From positions 31,924 through 95,923 of the forward strand of contig JAFZUX010000024.1 of the NCBI GenBank assembly GCA_017618115.1: a stretch of 64,000 bases of DNA, given 5' to 3'. The notes beneath the pieces were generated by a model. That model did no database searches. It was not told the origin of the DNA and saw only the letters and a program-made list of their open reading frames with translations. Numbering within the stretch: position 1 is the stretch's first letter; each line of letters starts with the position of its first letter. The translations under genes and the position numbers were made by a program. Source of the DNA: Bacteroidales bacterium. Its GTDB lineage: Bacteria > Bacteroidota > Bacteroidia > Bacteroidales > UBA932. Below, in pieces: positions 1 to 9,661 of this stretch.

Positions 1-1047
1 GCTCATTGCTCTTATCTGAGGAACGGTTACGTGGCTCTCATCTATGAAGGTGATGTAATCCTTTGGAAAATAGTCCAATAGACAGAACGGTCTTGTGCCG
101 GCAGCCCTTCCGTCAAAGTAGCGGGAGTAGTTCTCAATTCCGGGGCACCATCCCAGTTCCTTAATCATCTCAAGGTCATACTCCACTCTCTGCTTCAGAC
201 GGTTGGCCTCATGGTTCTTGCCTATCTCCATAAAGTAGTCATACTGCTTTACAAGGTCATCCTGTATCTGCTTTACAGCCAGAACGGTACGCTCCTTGGT
301 GGTGGAGAAGATGTTTGCAGGGTAGATGGAGAGAGAGTCTCTGGTTTCAATTGAGGTTCCCGTTGTAGGGTCAAAAATCTCTATCTCATCTATCTGATTT
401 CCAAAGAATACTATGCGTGCAGCCTCCTCTCCGTAAGCCAGGTAGATATCTACGCTCTCTCCGCTTACACGGAAAGTTCCTCTCTTGAACTCAATGTCAT
501 TACGGGAGTACATGCTGTCTACCAGACGGTAGAGCAGTGAGTTACGGCTTATGTTATCTCCCTGGTGTATCTCTATAGTGTTGGCGTGGAAATCTGCAGG
601 GTTGCCAATACCGTAAAGGCAGGAGACGGAGGAGATTACAATAATGTCTCTTCGGCCGGAGAGCAGAGCGGCACTGGCTGCAATCCTCAAACGGTCTATC
701 TCATCGTTGATGGAGAGGTCTTTCTCAATATAGGTATCCGTTGTAGGTATGTATGCCTCAGGCTGATAGTAGTCATAGTATGAGACAAAGTATTCTACGG
801 CATTATCCGGAAAGAAAGATTTGAACTCCCCGTAAAGCTGTGCGGCAAGAGTCTTGTTGTGGCTCAGAATAAGAGCGGGGCGGCCCAGTCTTTCAATGAC
901 GTTGGCCATAGTGAAGGTCTTTCCGCTGCCGGTTACTCCCAGCAGAGTGACGGCTTTATCTCCCTCACTGATAGACCTTACCAGTTGTTCTATGGCTTCC
1001 GGTTGGTCTCCCGTTGGTTTATATCTTGAGTCTATTCTGAACTCCAT
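1..1047 (-). CDS. uvrB: Excinuclease ABC subunit B, N-terminal part (gene runs off the window start)
   Basis: Reverse translation from the ATG at 1045-1047 reads MEFRIDSRYKPTGDQPEAIEQL...GVTGSGKTFTMANVIE...FVSYYDYYQPEAYIPTTDTYIEKD. This is the canonical UvrB N-terminus with a Walker A motif. The + strand ORFs listed here are antisense artefacts. Confidence 0.95.
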   Translation of the reverse strand, partial: MEFRIDSRYKPTGDQPEAIEQLVRSISEGDKAVTLLGVTGSGKTFTMANVIERLGRPALILSHNKTLAAQLYGEFKSFFPDNAVEYFVSYYDYYQPEAYIPTTDTYIEKDLSINDEIDRLRIAASAALLSGRRDIIVISSVSCLYGIGNPADFHANTIEIHQGDNISRNSLLYRLVDSMYSRNDIEFKRGTFRVSGESVDIYLAYGEEAARIVFFGNQIDEIEIFDPTTGTSIETRDSLSIYPANIFSTTKERTVLAVKQIQDDLVKQYDYFMEIGKNHEANRLKQRVEYDLEMIKELGWCPGIENYSRYFDGRAAGTRPFCLLDYFPKDYITFIDESHVTVPQIRAMS

Positions 1048-2052
1048 TTACTCTTTGTTGGCAAAACTCCAGACGGCTTTAAAAAGAAGACGGCAACGCT
1101 CTGTCATAGCGTTGAAGTTTATGATCTTAAAATCATCTGAAGGGTTATTGGTGTATTTATGTATTCCGCTGGTAATTAGTACGCTTGGTATGTTCTCGCT
1201 CTTAAATATAATCTGGTCACACATTGGGTAGAAGAGGCCGTAAAATAGGGGCGAGGATTCAAAGGTATTATCTATTACCAGAGGGTTTTCACTCCGGTTG
1301 TTGCACTCTTTAAGCAGGCTGTAAAACTCTCTCTCTCTGCTGTTCTCCCCCATAAAGGAGAGGTAGTTCTTAGGTATAAGTCTCTCTGTCTTAGCCTCTT
1401 TGGGCGGTGAGAGGGTGGTGCCTATCTGGCTGAGGTTTATCATAAGAGAGATATCCTCCGCTTTCAACCCGTTGTTATTTAAGAAGTAGCGGGCTCCCTC
1501 CATAGAGGAGTGGTGGGCGTCAAAGGCTACAAACCAGATGTTGCTCCTGAGGCTCTCTCCCTTCTGCTTAATCTGAGAGATGGCTTTGCATATTGAGAGC
1601 ATGGCCGCTACACCGGAGGCGTTGTTGTCCGCTCCCGGGTAAATTTGATTGTTAATCTCTCCGCGGCTGTCATAGTTTGCTCCAATTATGATGTTTTTGG
1701 GAGAGGTAACGGTGCTGTCCGCTCTGATTATTCCAATGAGGTTCACTCCCAGAAGCATCTTTTCCTCCCTCTCAGAGTAGAAGTAAAAGCCTGAAGCATA
1801 GCTGCTTCCAAAGGTCTCCGCATTGCTTTGATACAATCGGGATATAACAGTGCTTCTTGCCTGAGCCATCTCCGGCGAGCCTGTAGCCCTTCCTTTTAAA
1901 GAGGGGGTGGTAAGTTCCTTAACAACTTCTTTCAGATACTCCTTGGTTATAGAAAGGGCTGCCGAGTCTGCATAATCCTGCCCGAATGCTCTCTTAATAG
2001 GGGAGGCAATCATAATTAGCACGAATATTGCAACCTTTATCTTTGTCAGCAT
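1048..2052 (-). CDS. M28 family zinc peptidase (aminopeptidase-like), secreted
   Basis: 334 aa ORF with an N-terminal signal-like segment. It has the ADNNASGVAAMLSI and FVAFDAHHSSMEGARYF metal-ligand-type motifs typical of M28 peptidases. Its stop abuts the uvrB ATG. Confidence 0.75.
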   Translation of the reverse strand: MLTKIKVAIFVLIMIASPIKRAFGQDYADSAALSITKEYLKEVVKELTTPSLKGRATGSPEMAQARSTVISRLYQSNAETFGSSYASGFYFYSEREEKMLLGVNLIGIIRADSTVTSPKNIIIGANYDSRGEINNQIYPGADNNASGVAAMLSICKAISQIKQKGESLRSNIWFVAFDAHHSSMEGARYFLNNNGLKAEDISLMINLSQIGTTLSPPKEAKTERLIPKNYLSFMGENSREREFYSLLKECNNRSENPLVIDNTFESSPLFYGLFYPMCDQIIFKSENIPSVLITSGIHKYTNNPSDDFKIINFNAMTERCRLLFKAVWSFANKE

Positions 2053-2073
2053 GGCCCGTTTTGGTATCTTTGT

Positions 2074-4134
2074 ATGGAATTTTCAAATTTAACCAATTTG
2101 GCCCATTTAAGAGAGTATATGAGGAAAAATAGTTTGACCTTAACATTATTGTGTTTTCTCTTCCTCTCCCTTTTTCCAACAAAGGGGGTGGCTCAGTACG
2201 ATTTGGGTCAGTTCTTTTTAAAGGGTCGCCAGTTACTTATAGACGGCCGCTATTCATCGGCAATAGAGAACTTCAACACTCTTGTGAGGTTGGACACCAC
2301 CCTGTATGATGCTTACTTTTTCAGAGGTATTGCAAAATATAATCTCGGCGATTTTCTGGGTGCGGAGAGAGACTTTGACAAAGCACTGGAACTCAACCCT
2401 ATATACACACCTGCATACCATTACCGCGCCATCACTTTGAGCCGTACCGGAAAGTACGAGGCGGCTCTGAAAGATCTGGCGGAGGCGGTGGATCTGCGCC
2501 CGAGTTATACCGGTCTCTACTTCAGCCGCGGCGTTACCTACTTCCTCTCTCAGCAGTTTGACAAGGCGGTAAGTGACTTTAACAAATTTATCCGTCAGGA
2601 GTCCAACGAGCCGGATGCCTATTTGAACCGCGGTGCCTGCTATCTCTTTTTGGGAGACACCTTAAAGGCTCTGGATGACTACAATAAAGCTATCTCCATA
2701 AATGTCTTTGATCCAGAAGGTTATATACGCCGCTCCAGAATCTGGGCATTGCAGGAGAAAGATTCTCTGGCCCTTACAGACTTAAACAAAGCCATCTCTC
2801 TGGATTCCGTAAACACATTCGCATACTTTAACCGCGCCTTTGTACGTTACAACCTTAAGGATATAAACGGTGCGCTGGAAGATCTCAACAAAGTTTTGGA
2901 GGAGGAGCCTGGGAACGCCCTCACTCTCTATAACCGTGCCCTAATTCGCTCTCAGATAGGGGATTTCAACAACGCGCTGGATGATTATGACCGTGTCATC
3001 AGGGTTAATCCGCAGAACGTTCTGGCCTACTTTAACCGTGCCGGCGTCTACCTGCAAATGCGCCGCTATAAGGATGCAATGGATGACTACTCTCAGGCAA
3101 TCAATCTTTATCCCGATTTTGCCAAGGCATATATGAACCGTGCATACGCAAAGAGCCAGATGGGGCAGTACAACTCCGCCCGCAGAGATGAGGAGATTGC
3201 CCGTGAGAAGGTGAAGGAGTACCGTACCAAGACCGCCGATTCCCTTTCCGCTCAGATGTTTGCAGATACGGCTAAGAGGTTTGACCAGATGATTGCTCTG
3301 GATTCTGACTTTGCAAAGAGAGACTTCTCCAACAACGAACTTCTGCAGTACAGAGATGTGGACATACGTCTTAAACCTCTTTTCAAGTTCAACCTTGCAG
3401 AGGAGAAACAGCGTAAGGTGGCACTGGATAACCGCTTTGAATCCAAGACTTTGGAATCCTTCCTGGATAAGCTTCCGCTCTATGCCAGCCTGAGTTCCAT
3501 AAAGCATAATGATGCGGATATTTCCTCATTTACGGCAGACTCTCTTCTGAATCTTATTCCTTTGTCCTCAAAAGATGCGGAAATTCAGGCACTTATACAC
3601 TTCTCCAGAGCTCTTGTAGAGGATTCTCAAAACCGTTACAATGAGGCGTTGGAAGATTATGACAAGGCTCTGAGTCTGGATAAGGATAACGCATTTCTTT
3701 ACATAAACCGCGGAGTTTTGCAGGCGGAGATGATAGACTTTATCTCCTCCATGGAGCGTAACGTTCAGACACTTACGCTGGACAACTCCCGTACGGCAAG
3801 GGCGCGCGTGAATGACAGTTACGCTCACTATGACTACACCGCCGCCATTCACGATATGAAACGCTCTCTGGAACTTATGCCTAAGTTCCCGTTCACATAC
3901 TATAACCTGGGAAATCTCTACTGTCTCTCTTCAGACCTTCCGGAGGCCATACTTCAGTATACTAAGGCTATACAGCTCTATCCAAACCTAAAGGAGGCTT
4001 ACTACAACCGCGGCCTTGTGCTTATCTACCTCAAAGACAGTGAGAAGGGGTGCCTGGATATGAGTAAGGCGGGAGAGTTGGGAGTTCCCGAGGCCTACAG
4101 CGTAATAAGCAAATACTGCCTAAAGAAAAACTAA
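2074..4134 (+). CDS. Tetratricopeptide-repeat protein with signal peptide (alternative start at 2119, MRKNSLTL...)
   Basis: 686 aa with many tandem 34-aa TPR units (AYFxRGxxxxxLGDxxxAxxDxxKAIxLxP pattern repeated more than 12 times). Confidence 0.85.
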   Translation: MEFSNLTNLAHLREYMRKNSLTLTLLCFLFLSLFPTKGVAQYDLGQFFLKGRQLLIDGRYSSAIENFNTLVRLDTTLYDAYFFRGIAKYNLGDFLGAERDFDKALELNPIYTPAYHYRAITLSRTGKYEAALKDLAEAVDLRPSYTGLYFSRGVTYFLSQQFDKAVSDFNKFIRQESNEPDAYLNRGACYLFLGDTLKALDDYNKAISINVFDPEGYIRRSRIWALQEKDSLALTDLNKAISLDSVNTFAYFNRAFVRYNLKDINGALEDLNKVLEEEPGNALTLYNRALIRSQIGDFNNALDDYDRVIRVNPQNVLAYFNRAGVYLQMRRYKDAMDDYSQAINLYPDFAKAYMNRAYAKSQMGQYNSARRDEEIAREKVKEYRTKTADSLSAQMFADTAKRFDQMIALDSDFAKRDFSNNELLQYRDVDIRLKPLFKFNLAEEKQRKVALDNRFESKTLESFLDKLPLYASLSSIKHNDADISSFTADSLLNLIPLSSKDAEIQALIHFSRALVEDSQNRYNEALEDYDKALSLDKDNAFLYINRGVLQAEMIDFISSMERNVQTLTLDNSRTARARVNDSYAHYDYTAAIHDMKRSLELMPKFPFTYYNLGNLYCLSSDLPEAILQYTKAIQLYPNLKEAYYNRGLVLIYLKDSEKGCLDMSKAGELGVPEAYSVISKYCLKKN

Positions 4135-4135
4135 T

Positions 4136-5464
4136 CTACTTGGTGATTGTTACCCTATCTTCTCTCTCTCCTTTGCGGTTCAACAGAGTGAGAGTGAGGG
4201 AATTAGAAGTTACCTCCATAAGAAGTGCCCCAACCGTTTTAGGCCCCTCGTTCCATCTTTTTGCAATGAGATCCTTGTTATAACTAAGTTCTCCAAAGAG
4301 TTTTTCTCCTCTTTCATTATCTGAAGAGGGTGTCTGAATATATACCGTTCCCTTTTCATTATCGGATACCACATTGTCTGCAAAGAGTTTACGGCTTCTC
4401 ACATATATATGGTTGTTGGCAGCCAATGCTAAATCAACTCCGCACTCATCAAAGAGTTTTTTCCAGCGGGCATACTGAACCGTTTTGCCGTTTTCACCGT
4501 TGAACCATTCGTAATGCTCACATACCACTTTAAACTTTGCACGGCTCTTTTTCAGTACCTTACGAGTCCAATTATAAGCCCTTTCAAAATCTTCACTCTT
4601 TCTCATGTTGTCACTGTTGAGCATTACAAAGAGAACATCACCGTATGTAAACCAGTAGCATACACCCTCTTCTCCTCCATAACCATTTCTGGGATTGGCG
4701 GTTGCGTTACGGAAAAACTCATTTGTCAGTATGTACTGACGAGTCATATTATCATGGTTCCCGTTGAGTCCGGCCCACATAGTTGAGCTAAAATTCTTCT
4801 CCTCATACATCCTCTTCCAGAATGAGTAACTGCCTCCCCATGCGCATACGTCTCCAAGGTGCAGTACCCATTCAAACTCTCTTCCCTCTCTTACGCTCAC
4901 GCTCCTTACTGTATCTACCATTGCCATAGCAGAGGTAAGACGCTTTGGCAGAGGAGGATAACTGTGAAAATCTGATATTATACAGCAACTCCACTCTTTA
5001 CTCCCCGCCGTTTTAAAAGAGAGTACTTTAAGAGGAGATGTAAGGCTCACTCCGTTTCCGTCTTTATATCTTGTGCTTATAAGACAGTAATATTCCGTTG
5101 CCGGTTTAAGATGATTAAATGTATATCCGAACTTTAAGAAACGGGCGTTTTCATAAAAATTCTTTCCTCCCGCCATTTTTGACCAGACGCTGTTAAATAC
5201 GGTGCAAATCTCTCCCTCTGAACCTTTTAGGGTAATATTTCTTACAATTTTATTACTTTCTTTTTCTCTCAGGCTTAAATAACACTCCTGAGTATTTTCA
5301 ATTGCACCCCAGCTGATATTCATAGAGCGGCTGCAGTTTTCTCCCGGGCATACAACGGCTGAGAAGATGGCTGAATCTTTCCCCAATCCTTCCTGAGCCA
5401 GTGCTGCAGAGGTGTAAAGAAGAGAAAAGATGATAATTATAGAGAGTCTGAAAATCTTATTCAT
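4136..5464 (-). CDS. Calcineurin-like metallophosphoesterase (purple-acid-phosphatase-like) with signal peptide
   Basis: 442 aa with a signal peptide (LLYTSAALAQ) and the LHLGDVCAWGGSY, NGNHDN and ANNHIY metallophosphoesterase motifs. Confidence 0.75.
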   Translation of the reverse strand: MNKIFRLSIIIIFSLLYTSAALAQEGLGKDSAIFSAVVCPGENCSRSMNISWGAIENTQECYLSLREKESNKIVRNITLKGSEGEICTVFNSVWSKMAGGKNFYENARFLKFGYTFNHLKPATEYYCLISTRYKDGNGVSLTSPLKVLSFKTAGSKEWSCCIISDFHSYPPLPKRLTSAMAMVDTVRSVSVREGREFEWVLHLGDVCAWGGSYSFWKRMYEEKNFSSTMWAGLNGNHDNMTRQYILTNEFFRNATANPRNGYGGEEGVCYWFTYGDVLFVMLNSDNMRKSEDFERAYNWTRKVLKKSRAKFKVVCEHYEWFNGENGKTVQYARWKKLFDECGVDLALAANNHIYVRSRKLFADNVVSDNEKGTVYIQTPSSDNERGEKLFGELSYNKDLIAKRWNEGPKTVGALLMEVTSNSLTLTLLNRKGEREDRVTITK

Positions 5465-5518
5465 ACCTTAAAAACTATTTGTTCAAAAATAGTTAAATTG
5501 CACAAAATAACAGTCAAA

Positions 5519-7957
5519 ATGAAAAGAGTTTTTGTATTGCTGGCGGCTCTGCTTATCTATGCCGCATCTTTTGCACAGGTAACAACCAAAGTTGAGAGTT
5601 TTAACCACATTGGTCCGTACTTAGTAAACGCTCCTTTGTTTGCAGATTCTTTGAATCTTAAGGGCAAAGCCTTTGAAGATAAGAGTCTTATGGATGCAGT
5701 AAACTTTGTTTATGAGCGCTCTAAGGAGTATTCCGGCCCTATGATTCCATCCTCTTCCGAGGGTAATTCCGTAAATCTCTTTTCATTCTATATCAATAAC
5801 CTAAACTTCCAAAAGGTTAAGATTAAGGTTACTACGCGTGCCGAGCATAAACTCTTTTTAGACGGCAAACCTCTTACGGGGGAGATGAAACTGGAGCCAA
5901 AACAGCATCGTATAGATATAAAGACTCTCTCCAAGAAGGATGCAACAGACTCTATTTCAGTTACTCTGACAAGTAATTCAGAGGTTGCAACAACCCTCTC
6001 TCCAAAGCACTGTTTCTCTATGGACGAGGTGCTCTACGGAAAGAATGTGAATTCATTCCGCGTCTCTCCGGACGGCAATTACGTGATTGTCAGTTACTCA
6101 GAAACAGATAAGACCGGACGCGCTCTGGTTTCCACTCAGCTGAGAGAGGTAAAGAGCGGAAAGGTGATAATGGAAAAGAACGGAATCCGCTGGCTCTCAA
6201 AGGGCAATGAGTTCTGTTACGAGAGCAATCGCGGAGGAAACCGCAAATTATACAAGGCCACTGCAGAGGATATCACTCCTCATCTTATTTGTGACAACAT
6301 TCCTCAGGGCAACATAACTCTTAGCCCGGATGAGAGTTACCTTATTCTGACAAATTCGGATGAGGGGGTAAAGGAGGATCCTAACGTATATCAGATTGTA
6401 GATCCGGATGACCGCCAGCCGGGCTGGAGAAACCGTTCATACGTCTCAAAGTTTGATATTAAAACAGGTGTTAACCAGAGACTTACATTCGGTAATCACA
6501 GTTTCAACGTTATAGATATCTCTAACGATTCTCAAAAACTCCTCATCAGGGTTACCAACCGTCAGGTGGAAAAACGTCCCTCCAGTTCCGTAAACATCTA
6601 TCTGTTAGACTTAAGCAGCAATAAGATAGATACGCTTATTACCAATGAGGGGTTCATTAACAGAGCCTCCTTCTCTCCGGATGACAAACAGCTTCTTATA
6701 ACCGGCTCTCCTGAGGCCTTTGACAAGATAGGGCAGGACATCAATCCCGGACAGGTTGCCAATATCTATGATAAACAGCTCTTTATCTTTGATATAGCAA
6801 CCCAAAAGGTGAAGTGTATAACCAAAGATTTTAACCCTTCGATAGATGACGCAGTATGGTCTTCAAGAGACGGATTCATCTATGCTGCGGTTACCGAGAG
6901 TGAGTATACCAACCTCTACCGCTTCTCTCCAAACGGAAAGAAGGTAGAAAAACTGCCTACTACAGTAGATGTAGTAAGCAACTGGTACCTTCCTAAAGAG
7001 GGTCAGTATCTGAGTTTTACAGGTCTGGGGAGTATGTCTCCTAAGAAGAGTTACATAATGGATCTCAAGAGCCGCAAAACTACAATGTGGGAAGACTGTA
7101 CTAAGGAGCGTTACAAAGATGTGGTAATGAACGAGTGCATTCCTTACTCCTTTACCAACCGCCTTGGAGATAAGATTGAGGGTAGGTTCTATCTTCCTGC
7201 AGGCTTTGATCCTAACAAACAGTATCCTCTGATAGTCAACTACTATGGAGGCTGCAGCCCTACAACCATTTCTTTGGAGTCCAGATATCCTCAACAGTAT
7301 TACGCCTCTCTGGGCTACGTGGTTTACGTAGTTCAGCCGAGCGGTGCGGTAGGGTTCGGACAGAAGTTCTCCGCCCGTCACGTGGAGACCTGGGGTGATT
7401 ATGTTGCAGATGATATCATTGAGGGAGTTAAGAATTTCTGCAAAGACCATCCATACATAAACACCAAGAAAATTGGCTGTATAGGAGCAAGTTACGGCGG
7501 CTTTATGACAATGTACCTGCAGACTGTTACGGATATCTTTGCCTGCGCCGTCAGCCACGCCGGAATAAGCAACATTACAAGTTACTGGGGTGAAGGTTAC
7601 TGGGGCTACTCATACGGCCACGTTGCAAGCGGTGAGAGTTATCCTTGGAACAATCCGGAACTCTACACCAAGCACTCTCCTCTGTTCAATGCGGATAAGA
7701 TTCATACTCCGCTGCTGCTTTTGCACGGTTCAGCAGATACCAATGTGCCTCATATAGAGAGCATTCAGATGTTCACCGCCCTTAAGATTCTGGGACGTGA
7801 GGTTGCCTTTGTGGAGGTGAAAGGGGAGAACCACTGGATTCTGGAGTACAGCAAGAGAATCAAATGGAGCAACACAATTATGGCCTGGTTCCAAAAGTAT
7901 CTGAAAGATGACCCGTCCTGGTGGGATGAACTCTACCCAGACAAACATTTAGACTAA
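5519..7957 (+). CDS. S9 family serine peptidase (prolyl oligopeptidase / dipeptidyl-peptidase-like) with N-terminal beta-propeller
   Basis: ATG at 5519 (MKRVFVLLAALL signal). The track start at 5498 is TTG. The nucleophile elbow is GASYGGFMT and the C-terminal HGSADTNVP ... NHW motifs fit the catalytic Asp/His region. Confidence 0.9.
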   Translation: MKRVFVLLAALLIYAASFAQVTTKVESFNHIGPYLVNAPLFADSLNLKGKAFEDKSLMDAVNFVYERSKEYSGPMIPSSSEGNSVNLFSFYINNLNFQKVKIKVTTRAEHKLFLDGKPLTGEMKLEPKQHRIDIKTLSKKDATDSISVTLTSNSEVATTLSPKHCFSMDEVLYGKNVNSFRVSPDGNYVIVSYSETDKTGRALVSTQLREVKSGKVIMEKNGIRWLSKGNEFCYESNRGGNRKLYKATAEDITPHLICDNIPQGNITLSPDESYLILTNSDEGVKEDPNVYQIVDPDDRQPGWRNRSYVSKFDIKTGVNQRLTFGNHSFNVIDISNDSQKLLIRVTNRQVEKRPSSSVNIYLLDLSSNKIDTLITNEGFINRASFSPDDKQLLITGSPEAFDKIGQDINPGQVANIYDKQLFIFDIATQKVKCITKDFNPSIDDAVWSSRDGFIYAAVTESEYTNLYRFSPNGKKVEKLPTTVDVVSNWYLPKEGQYLSFTGLGSMSPKKSYIMDLKSRKTTMWEDCTKERYKDVVMNECIPYSFTNRLGDKIEGRFYLPAGFDPNKQYPLIVNYYGGCSPTTISLESRYPQQYYASLGYVVYVVQPSGAVGFGQKFSARHVETWGDYVADDIIEGVKNFCKDHPYINTKKIGCIGASYGGFMTMYLQTVTDIFACAVSHAGISNITSYWGEGYWGYSYGHVASGESYPWNNPELYTKHSPLFNADKIHTPLLLLHGSADTNVPHIESIQMFTALKILGREVAFVEVKGENHWILEYSKRIKWSNTIMAWFQKYLKDDPSWWDELYPDKHLD

Positions 7958-8325
7958 TGACTTTTGCACTGAAAAAGATAGATAAATATGCCACAGCCCT
8001 GGTGATTCTCATATTATTAGGGCTGGTGGGGCTTAATACCTACGTTCACTTAAAGAAGTCATATCATGAGGATAACATTGTCCTGCAGGATATAGACCGC
8101 ATTCTCAATAACGAGTATTTTGGCCTTCCTCAAAACTACAGCAGTGATGCAACTCAGAGAGTGGACAAGGTAAAAATAAAGAGCCGCGTTCAAAACGCGG
8201 ACTCTTCAATAACCTATAACTTCAAATACCGCATTTGGCATAAGAAGGGAAAGAATCTTCACGGTACCGGCACAATCACCTTCAAGGGGCTCAGCCCCAG
8301 CGGTTTGTCATATGATTGTCGTTAA
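7957..8325 (+). CDS. Hypothetical membrane-anchored small protein
   Basis: 122 aa ORF with one N-terminal TM helix (ALVILILLGLVGL). Its start overlaps the peptidase stop (TAATG coupling). I recognise no family. Confidence 0.5.
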   Translation: MTFALKKIDKYATALVILILLGLVGLNTYVHLKKSYHEDNIVLQDIDRILNNEYFGLPQNYSSDATQRVDKVKIKSRVQNADSSITYNFKYRIWHKKGKNLHGTGTITFKGLSPSGLSYDCR

Positions 8326-8341
8326 TTGTTAGTGTATAACT

Positions 8342-8554
8342 CTACCTACGCCTAATTCCAAAACGTTTCTTCTCCTTTGTGGAGAGAGTATCTGTGGTTT
8401 CCAGTATTTCAAAGATATTGGCAAGATCATCCTCTGTCAGCTCTCCAAAATAAGTCCCTTTGAGAAGTTTATCCAGTGGGAAAGAAAACAACATTCCACA
8501 GTCAACATAACTGTCATACTTTAAGAAAGAGGGATAATCTTCTTGTTTTATCAA
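8342..8554 (-). CDS. Small hypothetical ORF downstream of the Panacea-domain gene (possible toxin partner or remnant)
   Basis: 70 codons from a TTG, with no ATG or GTG available. It lies in the same frame as the upstream gene, separated only by TAG-TTG-TAA. The segment DSYVDCGMLFSFPLDKLLKGTYFGELTEDDLANIFE loosely resembles the C-terminal part of MazF/PemK-type toxins. Confidence 0.3.
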   Translation of the reverse strand: MIKQEDYPSFLKYDSYVDCGMLFSFPLDKLLKGTYFGELTEDDLANIFEILETTDTLSTKEKKRFGIRRR

Positions 8555-8599
8555 ATACTGAGAGCTAAGATACTCTGCTGAGAACTTGGCTTTTTACAA

Positions 8600-9178
8600 C
8601 TAAGATAACTGATGTTCTATCCACTGACGTTCTTTAATAACCTTAAGCATGGCGGGACTTGCTCCGCCGGCCTCTGCAATATCATAGAGAGGTATGGTTG
8701 TATTCTCTCCCGTTCTTTCAGAGTTCTTGTTTGCTTTTTTCCATGCCTTATCTCCATGAGATAAACTTGACAAATCAAAAGCCTTAATATCACGGAACTT
8801 AGAGATACAAGCATCCAAAACCTTAATGTCTGATGCAGACAATTCTTCAGGATCGTATGACTCTAAGGCTGTTACAACTTGATGCCCCTCTTTTGAACCA
8901 ACTTTCAATGCATTCTTAAAAGACAGCATCTCTTCCTGCTCCAAAGATTCTCCCTTCTCTGCGGCACGTAAAATCTTGTAAGTAAGTTCAGGAACCGGTC
9001 CGTGCTTACGTGCTTTAAAAGTGTCTTCCATCAAAGGAATGCCGTAAGTCACAAGATGGTTCTGTTGTGCAAAATACATCATCTTGAAAAGATGGATATA
9101 GTCTACCCCCTCCGGCATCTGTCCCAAAATATATAGAACAGTTGCCTTAATCTTTAATATTTGATCCAATGTTTTCAT
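8600..9178 (-). CDS. Panacea / SocA-like (DUF4065) antitoxin-domain protein
   Basis: Starts MKTLDQILKIKATVLYILG at 9178. The HLFKMMYFAQQNHLVTYGIPLMEDTFKARKHGPVPELTYKIL segment matches the hallmark KLLYF...A...GPV...Y core of DUF4065. The longer track ORF (to 9385) overlaps the upstream gene and is rejected. Confidence 0.75.
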   Translation of the reverse strand: MKTLDQILKIKATVLYILGQMPEGVDYIHLFKMMYFAQQNHLVTYGIPLMEDTFKARKHGPVPELTYKILRAAEKGESLEQEEMLSFKNALKVGSKEGHQVVTALESYDPEELSASDIKVLDACISKFRDIKAFDLSSLSHGDKAWKKANKNSERTGENTTIPLYDIAEAGGASPAMLKVIKERQWIEHQLS

Positions 9179-9204
9179 CGCACACAAAGATAATGTATTT
9201 ATCA

Positions 9205-9600
9205 TTAAATTTTTCTGTTCTTCTTGTTCTTTTTGAGGACTTTCATAAGCCCCTCTGCGGCAATGTTTCTTCTTAATAGACCTATTGCAATTATTGTAAG
9301 TATTGCGGCAATGATTGGGAAAATCATTGATACGGGGAACTTTACAAGAGAGACTTTCAGCTGGTAAAATACAATGATTATCCATGCCTGAAAGGCTATC
9401 AGTACTATAGTGTTGTAAATACAGAGTCTGAGTTGGATATTCTTATGGTTTATTAGGAAGAGGTTTATGAGGTTTATTCCAAATGTTATAACCAATAGAA
9501 CCAGGAAAGGAGTATACGAGGTATAAATCTTTCCAAAGAACATTATAAACAGCAGTACCGCTGAAATGAGCAAAAGTGTAAGGTAATTGATATTTTTCAT
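9205..9600 (-). CDS. Small four-TM integral membrane protein (DUF4293-like by recollection) with a Lys-rich C-terminus
   Basis: 131 aa with four hydrophobic helices and a KKNKKNRKI tail. It ends 26 nt upstream of the Panacea gene. Confidence 0.6.
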   Translation of the reverse strand: MKNINYLTLLLISAVLLFIMFFGKIYTSYTPFLVLLVITFGINLINLFLINHKNIQLRLCIYNTIVLIAFQAWIIIVFYQLKVSLVKFPVSMIFPIIAAILTIIAIGLLRRNIAAEGLMKVLKKNKKNRKI

Positions 9601-9661
9601 AGCGCTAATTTAACATTTCTTGGACATTTTTTATTAAATTTGAACAAAATCAAAACATTGA

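Noticed and set aside
565-1231. Plus-strand ORFs 565-783 and 854-1231
   Set aside because: They lie antisense to (or overlap) the strongly conserved uvrB reading frame. They have no recognisable motifs and odd composition.
9179-9385. N-terminal extension of the Panacea-domain ORF (track start 9385)
   Set aside because: The extension overlaps the upstream four-TM gene in another frame and is Cys/Arg/Asn-rich junk. The conserved domain starts right after the ATG at 9178.
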